DNA of 64,000 nucleotides, from assembly GCA_035221665.1 (NCBI GenBank), contig CM069140.1, positions 19,282,001 to 19,346,000 of the forward strand, written 5' to 3'. Under the pieces are notes generated by a model, which was not told the DNA's origin, did not search any database, and worked only from the letters and a program-made list of their open reading frames with translations. The position numbers and the translations under genes were made by a program. Positions 27,251 to 40,005 of this stretch are shown here, piece by piece. The stretch is from Okamejei kenojei. Its lineage: Eukaryota. Every line of letters begins with the position of its first letter. Position 1 is the first letter of the stretch.

Positions 27251-27750
27251 TCATAGCTCATCCTTATCCATCATTTCAAAGGCGTCTATCTCTTCCTTCC
27301 AGTCTGATAACAAGGCGTCTATTGTTCGAGCCTCTGTCTCTTGACTAATATTTGGACTGGACTCCTGCTCTACCTCATTATCAGTCTCTTCATTTTCCTG
27401 ATCTGAAGACCGAGCACTAGATTCCTGTTCATCTTCAAAAGTCCCTTGACAACCTGTCCTTTGCATATCCTTGTCTTTGCCATCAACAGTATCCGAGGAT
27501 GTGTCAGTAGGAGTTTTCCTTGGGTTCTGATCAGAACCACTCAAAATATCCAAAATTTCATTACGTAGTTGCATCTTTGCATCAGACATGATTGACTGAC
27601 CACCGTTATCATTCACTGATTCGTCAGCTTTCCAACCGCTTGGGATTTTAACGTTCAGTGCTGCTTCTCTCTGACATTCATAAGTGGCCGAGCTTGTCTC
27701 CCTGGACTGCAAGACTTCTGAATTTCGTTCAGATTCTTCCGTACCCGGAT
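27251..27750 (-). CDS. EDEM3: EDEM3 last coding exon (acidic disordered tail, KDEL)
   Basis: TTTCTAG acceptor; ends [17 protein letters not shown]; ER-retrieval signal. Confidence 0.96.
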
Positions 27751-29443
27751 CTAGAAATCAAGTGTTAGAATATTTTTAAAGATAACGCTGCATGGATAAT
27801 TAGATTTGTTAACACAGATTCCCTCTGATCATTTGCAATTATGTGTAAAATTGTATTTAATTGTTGTAAAGAGCTCTTCTTACATGACCAATCATTGCTA
27901 TTCTAAACAATAGAGCAATGAATTTTCAAATGATTCAGGTACAGAATGATCATAACATTATTTCTATAAGATATTACAAATTACCAATGGCTTGTTCATA
28001 AACTGTATTTCATCTCAAAGCAACAGTTGACTTTTAACAACTTTATCGTCATCTGATTTTTACTGTTTGGATAACAAACCTGAAGTGACTTAGAGAATAC
28101 AGAACGAGAATACAGGTGAAAACATCCAACTTCTAAATAATAAACTTTATTATTCAGATAGAGGCAGATGTAGTGCCTGTTACTTATGTAAATTAAGGAA
28201 TTGTTTCATAGCAAAAAAAACAGGAAGGAAATATTATTTCCAGATATTCCTGTGGCTTCAGTTTGTAGTTAATCGCAATTACAGTTCACACTTATTTCCT
28301 CCATAGTCACCATAGCCAAGCTACAACCACTTTGATGTCGTTACCTCAACACTGTCAAATGGACAATAGGTACCTGACGGTAGGTCGTCTGCTAAGAGAC
28401 TCCTGGGTCTTTGCACTGCCAAATTTCTTAACTCACCTACTTTAGCTCATCTTTCCTCAAAACAACTCCTTCAATGTGTTTCCACACGGACCTACAACAC
28501 CATATTCATTGCCATTCTTTGATCAGAATATCTCCAGTTGTGTCACTTTCCCATATTATCAATCACATTTCAGGCCATCTCATATTACCTCCTCAGAACT
28601 CCATTCATTTCAAACTATTTTCTTCCAACCGCTAATACCTGAACAAAAACTGTCCCCAAACTACATACACACACCACACCATTTTGCCACAAATAATGCC
28701 AGCATCAATGCATCCACAACCCCAGCACATTCTTCACTCTGATTTCCAAGATTACATCAGAAGCCCATGGATTTATTTTTCAACATGATCAATACCATCT
28801 GTCCCTGCCACTCCCCTCCTTTCCCTTAGTTCCCCTCACACTACTGTTGTTTTCTTTTTTCCACAGATACTACCTGCTGAGTATTTCCAGCATTTGCAGT
28901 GTTTTTTTTTCTAGATTTACAGCATTTGTAGTTTTTTCTGCTCTTCAATTAATGTTAATGTCTCCCTACCATAGCCCAAACCCACATATTTCTCTTGTCC
29001 TCCATCGTCCTACTTTGAGATTTCTTCCTCTTGGTTTTCTTGTCTGATACTATACCTATACATCTAGCTGAAGCCAATGAATCTCTTGCAATGCCTTCTC
29101 TTCCCCCTCCTAAACTGATACTGCTAGAATCATCAAAGGCCAAACCATATCATTTTCATTTAAATCGACAGCATGAATTTGAATGCCGGAATTAATTATT
29201 CATGTTCCCGACCTATTATTTACTACTCCTATGGACAAAAACGGAACAAGGTTTAAATATGTCTTGCTTGAGATGATGATGGAATGGATAGTAGCCCGAT
29301 AGCTGTTATTGCATACATTTGTGCATTTGCTTTCAAAATGATTACCGTAGACATCCAAAGGCATGGTCTGGTGTGATGCTTAACTTAAGTAATGGTGAAC
29401 TTGAAAATAAACTACGTAATAATGTAATTCATAATTGTTTTAC

Positions 29444-29458
29444 CTTTAATAATTGAGG
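29444..29458 (-). CDS. EDEM3: Candidate 15-nt alternative microexon of EDEM3 (ASIIK)
   Basis: aacag|CCTCAATTATTAAAG|gtaaaa; phase 1/1, frame-preserving; UGC motifs upstream. Confidence 0.55.
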
Positions 29459-29829
29459 CTGTTATTTTTGTCCATGTGCGGCAAAACCAAAATGCAACAG
29501 ACTTGTTACAAAATGAATCATTCCATGCTTGATCTAATTATACATGTGTACGTCTAATCACACACACACTCTATGAATAATAATTCAGGATGCCGAGTTA
29601 CATCTGACCCATGAACATAAATGACATTAGCTCACACTTTCCATCAGCAAAGTGGGGAAAGGCATTACCAACAGTGCTGTCCGCTCTACTTACTTGCCAG
29701 TACTCCGCTCAGTTTGAAATCTGCCAAAGCAATTGGCTGCAGAACTATTACAACCTTGGTCCAAATATGGACAAAGGAATCGAGTCCAGAGACGAGTTAA
29801 GATTAACAGTCCATCATACCAAGGCAGTA

Positions 29830-30270
29830 GGGTACACAAAAGGCTGGAGAAACTCAGCGGGTGCAGCAGCATCTAAGGAGCGAAGGAGATGGGCAACGTT
29901 TCGGGCCGAAACCCTTCTTCAGACTGATGGGAGGTGGGGGGGGGGGGGGGGGGGGGGCGGGGAGAAGAAAGGAAAAAGGAGGAGGAGCCCGAGGGCTGAG
30001 GGAGAGGTGGGAAGGGGAGGAGACAGCAAGGGTTAACAGAATTGAGAAAATTCAATGTTCAAGCCCAGAGGATGCAGACTCCCCAAGCGGAATATGAGGT
30101 GCTGTTCCTCCAATTTGCGGTGTTGCTCACTCTGGCCGTGGAGAGGCCCAGGACAGAGAGGTCGGATACGGAATGGGAGGGGAAGTTGAAGTGCTGAGCC
30201 ACCGGGAGGTAGGGTTGGTTATTGCAGACCGAGTGGAGGTGTTCGGCGAAACGATCGCCAAGCCTCCTGG
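29830..30270 (-). mobile_element. Penelope-like element: GIY-YIG endonuclease C-terminal half + pLTR
   Basis: RRLGDRFAEHLHSVCNNQPYLPVAQHFNFPSHSVSDLSVLGL; hammerhead core at 29895-29922. Confidence 0.85.
29890..29925 (-). ncRNA. Minimal hammerhead ribozyme motif (sense to EDEM3 pre-mRNA)
   Basis: Minus strand AGU-CUGAAGA-A-GGG-UUUCGG-CCC-GAAA-CGUU. Confidence 0.6.
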
Positions 30271-31042
30271 CTGTATGTGCTATCAAAGGCCCAGAGGAAG
30301 ACTGAAGTCACTGGTAACCAGGAGATAAACTTTCAGTTTTCTGCAGTTGAACCTAGCGTAAATGAAGATAGGTGGGATTGTCAAAGGCCAACCATGACAG
30401 CTCCAGGACATCAATGTAGGATTTCCTCAGGACAATGTCTTAATGCCCAACCATCTACAATTGCTTTATTCTCTCAGGTGCGCAGCTAATAACTGTACAC
30501 TGTCCAGTTCAATTCCCAACTTTCAGACGATGAAGCAGTCTATGCCCTCAAGTGAGAATGCCAGGGCAATATCAAGCCTTCAGTTGTTCCGTATGAGTAA
30601 CATTAACTTACTGCATTCCCTTGAGATTCAGGCAATGGCCATCTCCAAAACAAAAGGTCTAACCACCTATTCTTTACATTTCAGTTGGCCAAAGCCAACT
30701 TCCCACAATCAACAACTTTGAAAGTTGTCAATCAGCAGTGGCTTAATTGTACTGACCACATCAATACTGTGAGTATATCGACAGATCAAAAGGTAGAACT
30801 TAACAACAAATGATTTATTTCCCAACTTCCCAAAGCCTTTCCACTATTTGCAAGTCAGCTGCGTGATGGAATATTCTCCTATTGGTTGTATGAGTGCAAC
30901 TGCAACAAAACTTAAGATGCCTGATGCTAGAACGAACAGGATAAACCAGGCCATGACCAATTTTTAGACATTTTGAGATGTGAGGGTTGGGGGGACGCAA
31001 AGAAGAAAACTACCCGCCCCCCCCCCCCCGCAACCCTCACAT

Positions 31043-31078
31043 CAGTCTGAAGAAGGGACTCGACCCGAAACGTTGCCT
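31043..31078 (+). ncRNA. Minimal hammerhead ribozyme motif in pLTR copy 31020-31140
   Basis: CUGAAGA-A-GGG-ACUCGA-CCC-GAAA-CGUU. Confidence 0.6.
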
Positions 31079-31387
31079 ATTTCCTTTGCTCCATAGATGC
31101 TGCCTCACCCGCTGAGTTTCTCCAGCATTTTTATCTACATTCCAGTCCTGACATTTGTTGTTTTACTACAGTAATATGGATGTTTAATTCAGTTCTAATG
31201 TAACGTGAAGGAAAACACTGAAACCCTGCCCAGGGAATATATAACACGCAACAGTATTTTAGATTTCTAAGTAGTGAGACAGGTTTATGAAGTATGCAAG
31301 CTAGAAACTAAGTTGATATCTATATTTAAAAAAATAACATGACAAATTACTTGGGTATAGAATGACTTACTGTTGGTTTAAATTTAC

Positions 31388-31573
31388 CTCTATCCTTCGC
31401 TTTATCCGAGAGCAGCACTTCTACTTCCTGGTATTCCTGCATAGCATCAAGAATGATACTTCCTTCCTTGTTGAAGAGGAAAAGCATTGAGATTGTAACA
31501 TCATCAGTGTTCTTTCCATCACCAGCCATTTGGAAAAGCGGCGCTGTGTCACTGCTGCTTCCTTCATTGTCAT
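31388..31573 (-). CDS. EDEM3: EDEM3 exon 19 (PA domain end)
   Basis: [38 protein letters not shown]...LLSDKAKDR; 186 nt. Confidence 0.95.
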
Positions 31574-33228
31574 CTGCCCAACAGTAAACTCAGTTAAAAC
31601 AACAGGAACATGCATCCAGTCGACCAGAATCTTCAGTGCTGACTAGATTGGATTCTTCTGAGTAAAAGAACTAACAGACAAGGCCAATAAGGTAGGTTGG
31701 TCCGTCACAAGTTGTGGTGATGACTGAACCCCACATACAACATTGTGATAGTGATCATAAAGATATTATTTTCCATTTCAGGTACTTGTGATGAGCATTC
31801 AGCATATTCAGGTTTTGGTCAAATTAATCTACTCTGTCCCAACATTGCCTCAAGTCCATGTTTCATGAAGAAACATTAAGCTTTTCCATGTTTTTCCCCC
31901 CCAAAATTAGATGGTTAAAATTTGCCAGGGACAGGGATTTTTGTGTTATGGGCTTGGGCTGACAGGAAACAGAATCCATGTGATTTCCACCCCATTCAAT
32001 TTGGTCTATCTTGCAGATAAGCTTCAGCAAGAAGCAGATACAAATATGACAGACACTTCATGCCACGCACCTCAAACTCAGTATTTTTGACAAGTGCAGT
32101 AAAAATCAATACTGATAAGACATCTAATTAGAGTGCACTGATAATGCATTAGAAATTCCTGTCCTAAAAGTTTTGTTAATGCACATTAATGAAATTGATA
32201 ATTAATGCACATTAATAAAAATCACATGTCAGAGAGAATTCTAATAATCATAATAATTTGAATTGAAACACTAAATTAACTTAATTTAATATGCAGCAAT
32301 ACACAGATTAAACTAAGGACCAACATACAACCATTACTGCCAGAGTGCAGCTTTATGTCTGTTATCATTAATAACACATTCCTTCTTAATGTTCGTAAAA
32401 TACATTTCTTTGACATTAGTATTTAAACACAGGAATGGAAATATTAACAAGTTTACAAATATTGCGAATCAGCTCGAGACAGGTTTGGGAGGAGAATGGA
32501 GTCAATGATAATGGTATAGTTTCTTCTCAAATTACTGCACTGTTCCATTCCTGTTCATAATGTGGACAGCTTGCAAGTCAGTGATGCCGCCATGAACCAA
32601 GTTTCAATGTGGCAGAAGATGCCTGCAGCCACACAGTAGCTGGAAAATTCATCCTACTGGTCTTTTCTCCTGAATGCTCGTTTGTATGCATGGGCTATAC
32701 ACAAGTTGGAAGAAATTTGTAATTCAGTTACAAATGAATGTTGAGGTAGCCTGAAAGCACAGAGGTTGTGGTAGAGTCAAGAGAAATCAGCTGTGTGTCC
32801 ACGCCATCATCAAGAGACAGCAAGTAACAAGGGAAAGAAGACAGCCCCAAGAAAGGATGTTACAGGGCACAGACAGCAAACAAGCAACGCAACTCCAACC
32901 AATTTAGACAACAGAGGAAACAGGATGATTTTGTTTAATGCTGTAATGGAGTCAAGGAACATTACGGCAAAAATTCCATCCCTCTTATACTTACAAAATG
33001 TAACATGTGATGATCAGGGCACAGAAGGAAAATAGGGCACTGGGTCTACATGTCATTAAAACTAGCATTAAAATATAACTAGTATACTAGAAAATATTGT
33101 GCCACCTACACCGTAAGAACATTTATGGAGTAATGTCAATCAGTAATGTCAAGCAAACCGGAAATAATTTCTATTTCTATTCTAAGTTAATGACAGTGGG
33201 ATAGTGAAAAAAGAACTGTACACCTTAC

Positions 33229-33394
33229 CGATAACAATGCCTCCTATCGCCCCTGCCTTCTGTGCATTCCGTGCCTTCTCAGCAAACATACAATGACCTC
33301 GTTGCATCAGGGCAATTTTCCCCTTTATCGACTCATGATTTGTTACTTCCGAACAACCATTGTAGGGTTCACATTTTGCAACAAAGCCTTGTAC
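33229..33394 (-). CDS. EDEM3: EDEM3 exon 18 (PA domain)
   Basis: [10 protein letters not shown]...[31 protein letters not shown]; 166 nt. Confidence 0.96.
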
Positions 33395-34966
33395 CTATAA
33401 AGTATTTTGAAATGTAAACAGGAGTGCAATTAATTTTTTTTTTACACAAACATCAGTCATGGCTAGTCAGCACCATCACTTTGAGGTACACATCAAGGAA
33501 GGACTGCAACCAGTTTGTTCTGCAATAACATGATCTTTCCTATTCAAGTATAATCTAATTTGATTTCTACACAATCCTTTGCAGAGTTCTTCATTGTTCT
33601 TAGCCAGTGAGCTACGTGCATGTCTTACAGCACCGCAACAAAGTAAATAAACCTAAAATCTTGTAATTAGTTCTGATTAATCAGACTTCCCATTCATTGA
33701 ACAGCACATTTATTAATTGGAAGAACCACCCTCAAACCATCTAATCCTCTCCACAGTAAAAATCTACGCACATGCCATCAAACAACATAGTAAGAGTGAT
33801 TTTTTTAAATGTACAAATCCCACATACAACCTGGAACACCGTCATCATTATAACAGCATTTAGTTATGAGCATTAATGTTATTAATAGGAAATTTGAAAC
33901 TCTGCTCTCTGTTGGGTTGGTGCTTATGAGCACATACGGATCCAGTGTTTGAAATCCAGTATCCTTGGAATTGCGATTGTACCAGGTTCTGGATTTCCAC
34001 AGAATTTGGTCTATTTCAAAATTAAAGTTCAAAACTATTTTTCTCAGTACATGCAAAATCTTCTTTCTGTTGTCTTATTCCAAAGACAAGTCAACCCAAA
34101 GCATTGGAGATGGACAAGTACTAATGAAGTGCCAAAAGCTAGACAATGTTGTGATGAGCCAGGCTTCCAGGAATGTCTGATTTTAGGACAGATTCCAGTT
34201 TTTCGACCGACAGCACCATTATGAATTTGTAAAGTTTTGTATTTGTCTATGCTTTAATTTATTACCAATGCTGAACAGCAAGCCACAAACCCCATTTGAA
34301 TTTAATGGGCCTGGAGTTTTGTAAAGAGCCATATCCCTTGTAGAACATAAGGAATAAACCTAATTTAGTATTCCTGACTATTGATATAAAAAAATTAAGG
34401 TTTAATCAATGCAATGAACCACGAGGCGGCTAAATTGGACAGATCATGAAATGGGGGTACTGCTCGTGTGATGAGAATTTAAATGAATCCACTGTTATGC
34501 TAACCATGATGTTGAGTAGTTGCATGCATGTCTCAGTAGGGGGCAATATCATAAGATAGCACATCTCCAGCTTCCCCCTCAATTCCCACATTGTCTAAAT
34601 GTACAATTTCTTGCATACTATCATTAACTTAGCACCTCAAGGTCTCGGGCGTTTGGAGCTTCAGTGGATTAACTTACAGATGATAAGTAGGAGAGATTAC
34701 ATTTTCTGTGGTTTGGCAGATCTGTCAGAAAGCATGCATGCAAAAGGGAGTCCACATCAACTTTGCGTAAACCTCTTGGAATATTTTTGCGCTTGTATTG
34801 TGACACAGCTAGTAGTCGCTCCCTCACAGAACCAATCCTACCCTCCAGTACTATTTACCCATGAATGTGATGGGTTCTTCTAGCTGCAATGGCTTCCTCC
34901 CTTATCCCAATGACATGCAGGCAGGTAGGTTAATTGGTCGCTGTAAATTGCCACAAGTGGTAGAAT

Positions 34967-34967
<1 letters not shown>

Positions 34968-35004
<37 letters not shown>
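34968..35004. repeat. Poly-G tract (37 nt)
   Basis: Homopolymer; similar G/C tracts at 22394-22415, 27194-27212 and 29936-29957. Confidence 0.9.
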
Positions 35005-35005
<1 letters not shown>

Positions 35006-35334
35006 GTTCATGGAGTCACAGTGGGAATAAATTAGGATGAATATATCTAGGTACCTGATGGTTTGTACAGTCCAAAGGACCAATGTCATTACTGCTCGAC
35101 TCTATCACTCTTTATTACAACAACTTTATGTATGTAATTAGAGCAACATTGTTAAATATGTTTAGATCCAAACTATTAAATAATACTGAAGACTAAATAT
35201 TTCTTGAATTTTTTAGTTCATATAGTCAACCGATATTGTCATATACTATACCTGTGTAACAGCACGTCCATTTTCAAACAAAACCTGACAAAATATCAGT
35301 ATTCAAACACTGGTTACATTCAGTAAACCCATAC

Positions 35335-35526
35335 CCCAGTGGCGATTTTGGAAAGCTCTGTTCCAAACTGTGCTGGTCCAGCTGTGAGTACCACTCGGCC
35401 AAGGAATGGAGGGGAGATGATTTGGACAGCTCGAGGTGGCAGCTGCTCCTTCTGCTGCTGGCTGGACAATTCAATCATCTCCTGCATGAAACGCAGGCCA
35501 TCCTCTGCATCGTGTGCACTTGCTGC
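35335..35526 (-). CDS. EDEM3: EDEM3 exon 17
   Basis: [35 protein letters not shown]...LTAGPAQFG; 192 nt. Confidence 0.95.
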
Positions 35527-36231
35527 CTGAGGGAGCGCAAAAACATGTGATTTGTCCATTACTAGATTCTCTCTTCCCCCGACACAAAAGGCAGTCATTA
35601 GTCATTTTTGTTTTCACTTCCATCTTTGGTAAATGCAGTGTTTCAGTATTAAATCAAAAACAAATGTTTCTCTATGAATTCAGGAGGTCCTTGCAAACTT
35701 TAACTCTTCTATTCAGTTTTTTGATACAGAGTGGAGTATAATTACGAAGCATTGTTAGACTGTCGGTCACAAAATGAATGGTAACTACCACAGAAATCTC
35801 ACGGAATCCCATTTACAACTCTTCATCCATGTTTCAGCAAACATTTTGCTTTTAGTAATCCATTGAAAAAATATACTGAGCTGTTTTTATTTCTGATTTA
35901 TTCAGCCATTATATAAAAACAATATGACTATATTTAATAGACATATTTACCATTATTTGCAATACCTCATCCAGAATCCCATTTGTACTTTTATGCTAAC
36001 ATTTCCATTTTATATACAATGATTTTTCTTTAAACGTTTAATTTCAAATCATTCCCCATTGGGTTAGTACTTTTAAATGTCATATACCCATCATGCACAT
36101 TCTGGGCTAAAGGATCCTAAACTCAGCACGGTAGCGAGAACAGGATGGCATCGTCAGACAGCATCTTGTGGAGACCGCTTTGTCCAGCCAGGGGCAAGCG
36201 ACCAGTAACAAAAACATAGCAGCAGCTTCAC

Positions 36232-36388
36232 CTGGTTTGCATGTTGAACCAACTGGACTCTGCCATCCTTGAGATGAATTAGGCTGACTCCCATTTTCTT
36301 TAGCAAATCGAGGTGTTCAGGATTGTTGGCCATAAAGTCTCTGGCCCTCAGATGTGACCTGACCCCAGGACCATCACCACCTACCTCC
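36232..36388 (-). CDS. EDEM3: EDEM3 exon 16
   Basis: [40 protein letters not shown]; 157 nt. Confidence 0.94.
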
Positions 36389-36892
36389 CTGTAACAAAAA
36401 GATCACAAACTCATTTTGTGTGCACGTTGTGTGTGCAAGGTAGAGATAAATTGAAGAACTGCATCTTTTTTTAAACTGAGGAAAGTACTTCAGATAAGTA
36501 TTTTTAGAAACTTACAATTTCAATTAGATTTTAAACACCATTATTAACCCAGTTAAACCAAAACAAATCTCTGCAACCTAAAGATATTAAAACATACTTA
36601 TTAAAGCTTCACACCGAAACACAGGTGCACAGAATAACACAATAAGTAAACCAAATTTTATCTTATTAAAATATTTCTGTGGTTCGAAAAGCACATTTGC
36701 ACAAACAAGAAATATTGATCATTAAATGATCACTCACAGATGTGCAAATATCTTTAGTGACATGCAAGCAATTTTTGACAGTAAAATAGAATGATGTCTT
36801 TAATGTTAAGAATGAATTCAATGGAAAAGGTTAAACTTTGACCAAATCTTACATACACAATATCCGACTTTGGTAATGGAAGTAGTTCTTAC

Positions 36893-37047
36893 TGTCTCAT
36901 GTTGGCCTTTGGGCAAGTTTTATCCACAACATTTTTAAAAGGTTCACGAATGCTGTTGGCATAAGAAGGATCATTTGGGAATAGAACTTGTGTATTAGGG
37001 CACGACCAATCAAAGTTGCTGTCATCCAAATCTGAGTAAGATGTTGT
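36893..37047 (-). CDS. EDEM3: EDEM3 exon 15
   Basis: [46 protein letters not shown]; 155 nt. Confidence 0.94.
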
Positions 37048-37809
37048 CTAGAAGACAAAAAAAAAAGTCATGTTAGGCATCTGCTCATTTAGAAAATACT
37101 AGAAAAACTCAACAAATCAGGCAGCATCTGCTGATAGGAAATGTATAATTTTCTCTTTTTATTTCAGATTTACAGCATCAACTGTTTCTTTGATTTGCAT
37201 CTGCTTGTTTAGTACTATTCCTTGGACAAAGATCCTGTTCTACAAAAGTCATTGTACACTATAGATGCAAGAATTAACTAAAAGTAACTAACCCATGCAA
37301 TTATTTGATTAGAATTATGAAATGTCTAAGCAATCAAGTCCATAAGTTGCAGAATTTTGTTTTAAAAGAACGCTCAGAAAATAATGAAAGTTCAGGCCAA
37401 TCAGCATCTCGGGGTCGTGGGGGGGAAACGGGTGTAAAAATAAGCCATTTGAGTTTTATTTTTCTCAAAAAGCATGGAACAAACTCAGCACAAAAAAACA
37501 TGTTTTTTTCTCATTTATAAAAACCTTTATAAAAATGTGGATTTCCTTTTATGTAATTTTTTACATTAGTTTAGCTGCTCATAAATCACATACAATTTAA
37601 GAGATAATAATAACATCAATTGTTTGAGCATAAAGGAGTTAAAATAGTGAATGTGTTAGCTCAACCTGTGTAAAGCTATCATTTGATTGAAAGTCAAAAG
37701 TTCAAATGAATTTATGCTGAAAGAAAATTCAAAATAGATATTTAATTGATTTGTTCACCTGCAACATATTCCAAACAGTTGCAAAAATCCAGCAAATATT
37801 TTCACCTAC

Positions 37810-37972
37810 CTCATTTTTTTGTTTCTTGGTGAAATTTGTAGACAGCCAAAGTGGTAACAAATGGGCCTCAGTGGTGAAGATATAATCTTCAATATCAAAG
37901 AGAACATCCTCTTTCTCCGCAAACAGAAGGTACAGATATTTGAACATTTCAGCCAAGAAAAATGAATCCATT
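37810..37972 (-). CDS. EDEM3: EDEM3 exon 14 (end of GH47, FTTEAH)
   Basis: [17 protein letters not shown]...[15 protein letters not shown]; 163 nt. Confidence 0.96.
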
Positions 37973-38928
37973 CTGTAGATGAAAAATAGGAGCAAATATT
38001 TAAAATACACTTTGATCTCAATTCAAGTTTAATGGAAGTGATGTGTTTTTTCTCCAGCTCTGTTTGGGGTGTTGTCACTTTAAAACTCAAATCACCTCAC
38101 AGTCTTTTAAAGTCAGATGGATATCTGAGTCATTGACAATTCTGCGCCAATAAGTTCAAAGCTACGGAGAAATAATTTAGGAAATTCTTCAAAGGTATCG
38201 AGATACAATTTTGAAAATGTTGATGCACAATCAAGCACATTCATAATTAATTTATGCCTCCCTTTTATATTTAATGAGATAGGTATTCAAAACCTAGAAT
38301 ACATTAAAGTGTACATAGATACTAGTTGGAGAAACACAGATTATGACATTTTAATTAAAGCAAACAGAAGGTTTGAAATAACTGATCTAATATTCCTACT
38401 TGAAAAGAGAAAAAAATGTTTAGGGTTAAAATGATTTCATTAGTTCTCAAGAGTCACACTTGTTATTTTCCAATTGCATGAAGAAAATAAATTGGTATTG
38501 CTATATTTTTCTCACATGAACCGAGATACAGAGGAAAAAAAACTGTTTACGAGCTATACTATACACAAGTACAATTAAGTCATACATTAGGTAATGCAAA
38601 GGGGGAAAAACAGGGAATAGTGCAGAATATAAGGTTACTGCTTTATAGTATTTATTAAAGTTTAGTTTAGAGATACTGTGCGGCCCTTCGGTCCACACCG
38701 ACCATTGAAATAAATGTCAATATTTATATTCCATAACACATAGGCTTGGAGATAACTTTATGATATGGTTTGGTATTATTTGGTTATCAGTACCAAAATG
38801 ATAATAAACTGAACACTGAGTACCATGATGTCCCCAGGGAGCCACAATGGGATTCAGGCATTATAAAGCACACATCGGTCTTTATGGAAGAAGTACAGAA
38901 AACAAATAGGAAGAAGTTCGGGACTGAC

Positions 38929-39053
38929 CTGTCTTCATGGCTTCCTGTTCGAACATCTTTCATTGCTGCAAAGCCACATGGTACACGGGCATATTTATTC
39001 AGGTTCTCAATGATAGTCTTTCCCACCTCCAAGTAATATTTATCTCCTGTAGC
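38929..39053 (-). CDS. EDEM3: EDEM3 exon 13
   Basis: [41 protein letters not shown]; 125 nt. Confidence 0.96.
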
Positions 39054-39215
39054 CTATTTGTAGCAACAACTGTCATTAGCACGTAAACAACAACAATAGT
39101 AAAACGTTCACATCAGCTACAGGTTCAGAATTGTGCCAGAATTCTTGCATTTTACAAATCTCTTTATTATTGTATATTATAAATTATAAACATTCCAGTA
39201 AAAGCAGAAATTTAC

Positions 39216-39299
39216 CTTGTATAGGAAATAGGTACTTTCAGCAAATTCAGGTCGGAGAGGATGTTGTGCCCAGTGAACCCTAAAATCAGTGGTAAAAGC
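39216..39299 (-). CDS. EDEM3: EDEM3 exon 12 (LRPE motif)
   Basis: [28 protein letters not shown]; 84 nt. Confidence 0.97.
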
Positions 39300-39379
39300 C
39301 TAGAAAATATGATCAAAGATTGAAACTTGGAAAATAAATACAGAACAATGTAAAGATTAAACAGTGGAAACAGTGATGG

Positions 39380-40005
39380 GATTTATTATAACGGATTTCA
39401 TAACAGGGTGCTTAGAAAATAAGAGGATTGGTTTGTTTCAGCATGAATTTAGAAAAGGGAAATCATGTTTGACGGGTCTGGTGTAAAGAGCAAACCAGTT
39501 GATGTTGCATATTTTCACTTTCAGAAGCCTTTCCATAGGGTATCACATTAAATGACATTGAACAAAATTTAAGATTATGGTAATGTAATATGGTGATGAG
39601 AACTCTAAAAAAATAGTTGCATCGTTTTCAGAGTTGAGAATCCGAGATTAGTGGGGTGCCACTAGGTTTGGTGCTGGCCCCTCAACTGTTACCAATTGGT
39701 ATCAAGAATCTGTATGCAGACCTAGTGTGCATAAAATGTTTACTGTTGGTACAAAACTGGATGGTACCATGGTCTGTGAGCATGAATACATTCTTCAGGG
39801 AAGCTAATAGGTTAAGTGAATGGATAACAATTTGGCAGATGGAACATAATGTGGAAAATGCAAGATCATCCTTTTTGTTAGAAGAGAAAAAAACCAGAAT
39901 ATTTTTAAATAGGAAGAGAAGTATTAGCATTCAGAGGGGCGAAGGCGTTCTTGTACACCAGTCAAGGAGAGAGGCCTTTATTTCAAGAGGATCCAAGTGC
40001 AAGTG
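39380..40005 (+). mobile_element. Degenerate CR1 RT fragment
   Basis: Remnants of QHxFRKGKSCLT, GVPLGLVLAPQL and WQMEHNVE motifs, with stops. Confidence 0.6.

Noticed and set aside
29411-29458. Longer (48-nt) version of the microexon
   Set aside because: In-frame TAG and no GT donor at the frame-preserving position.
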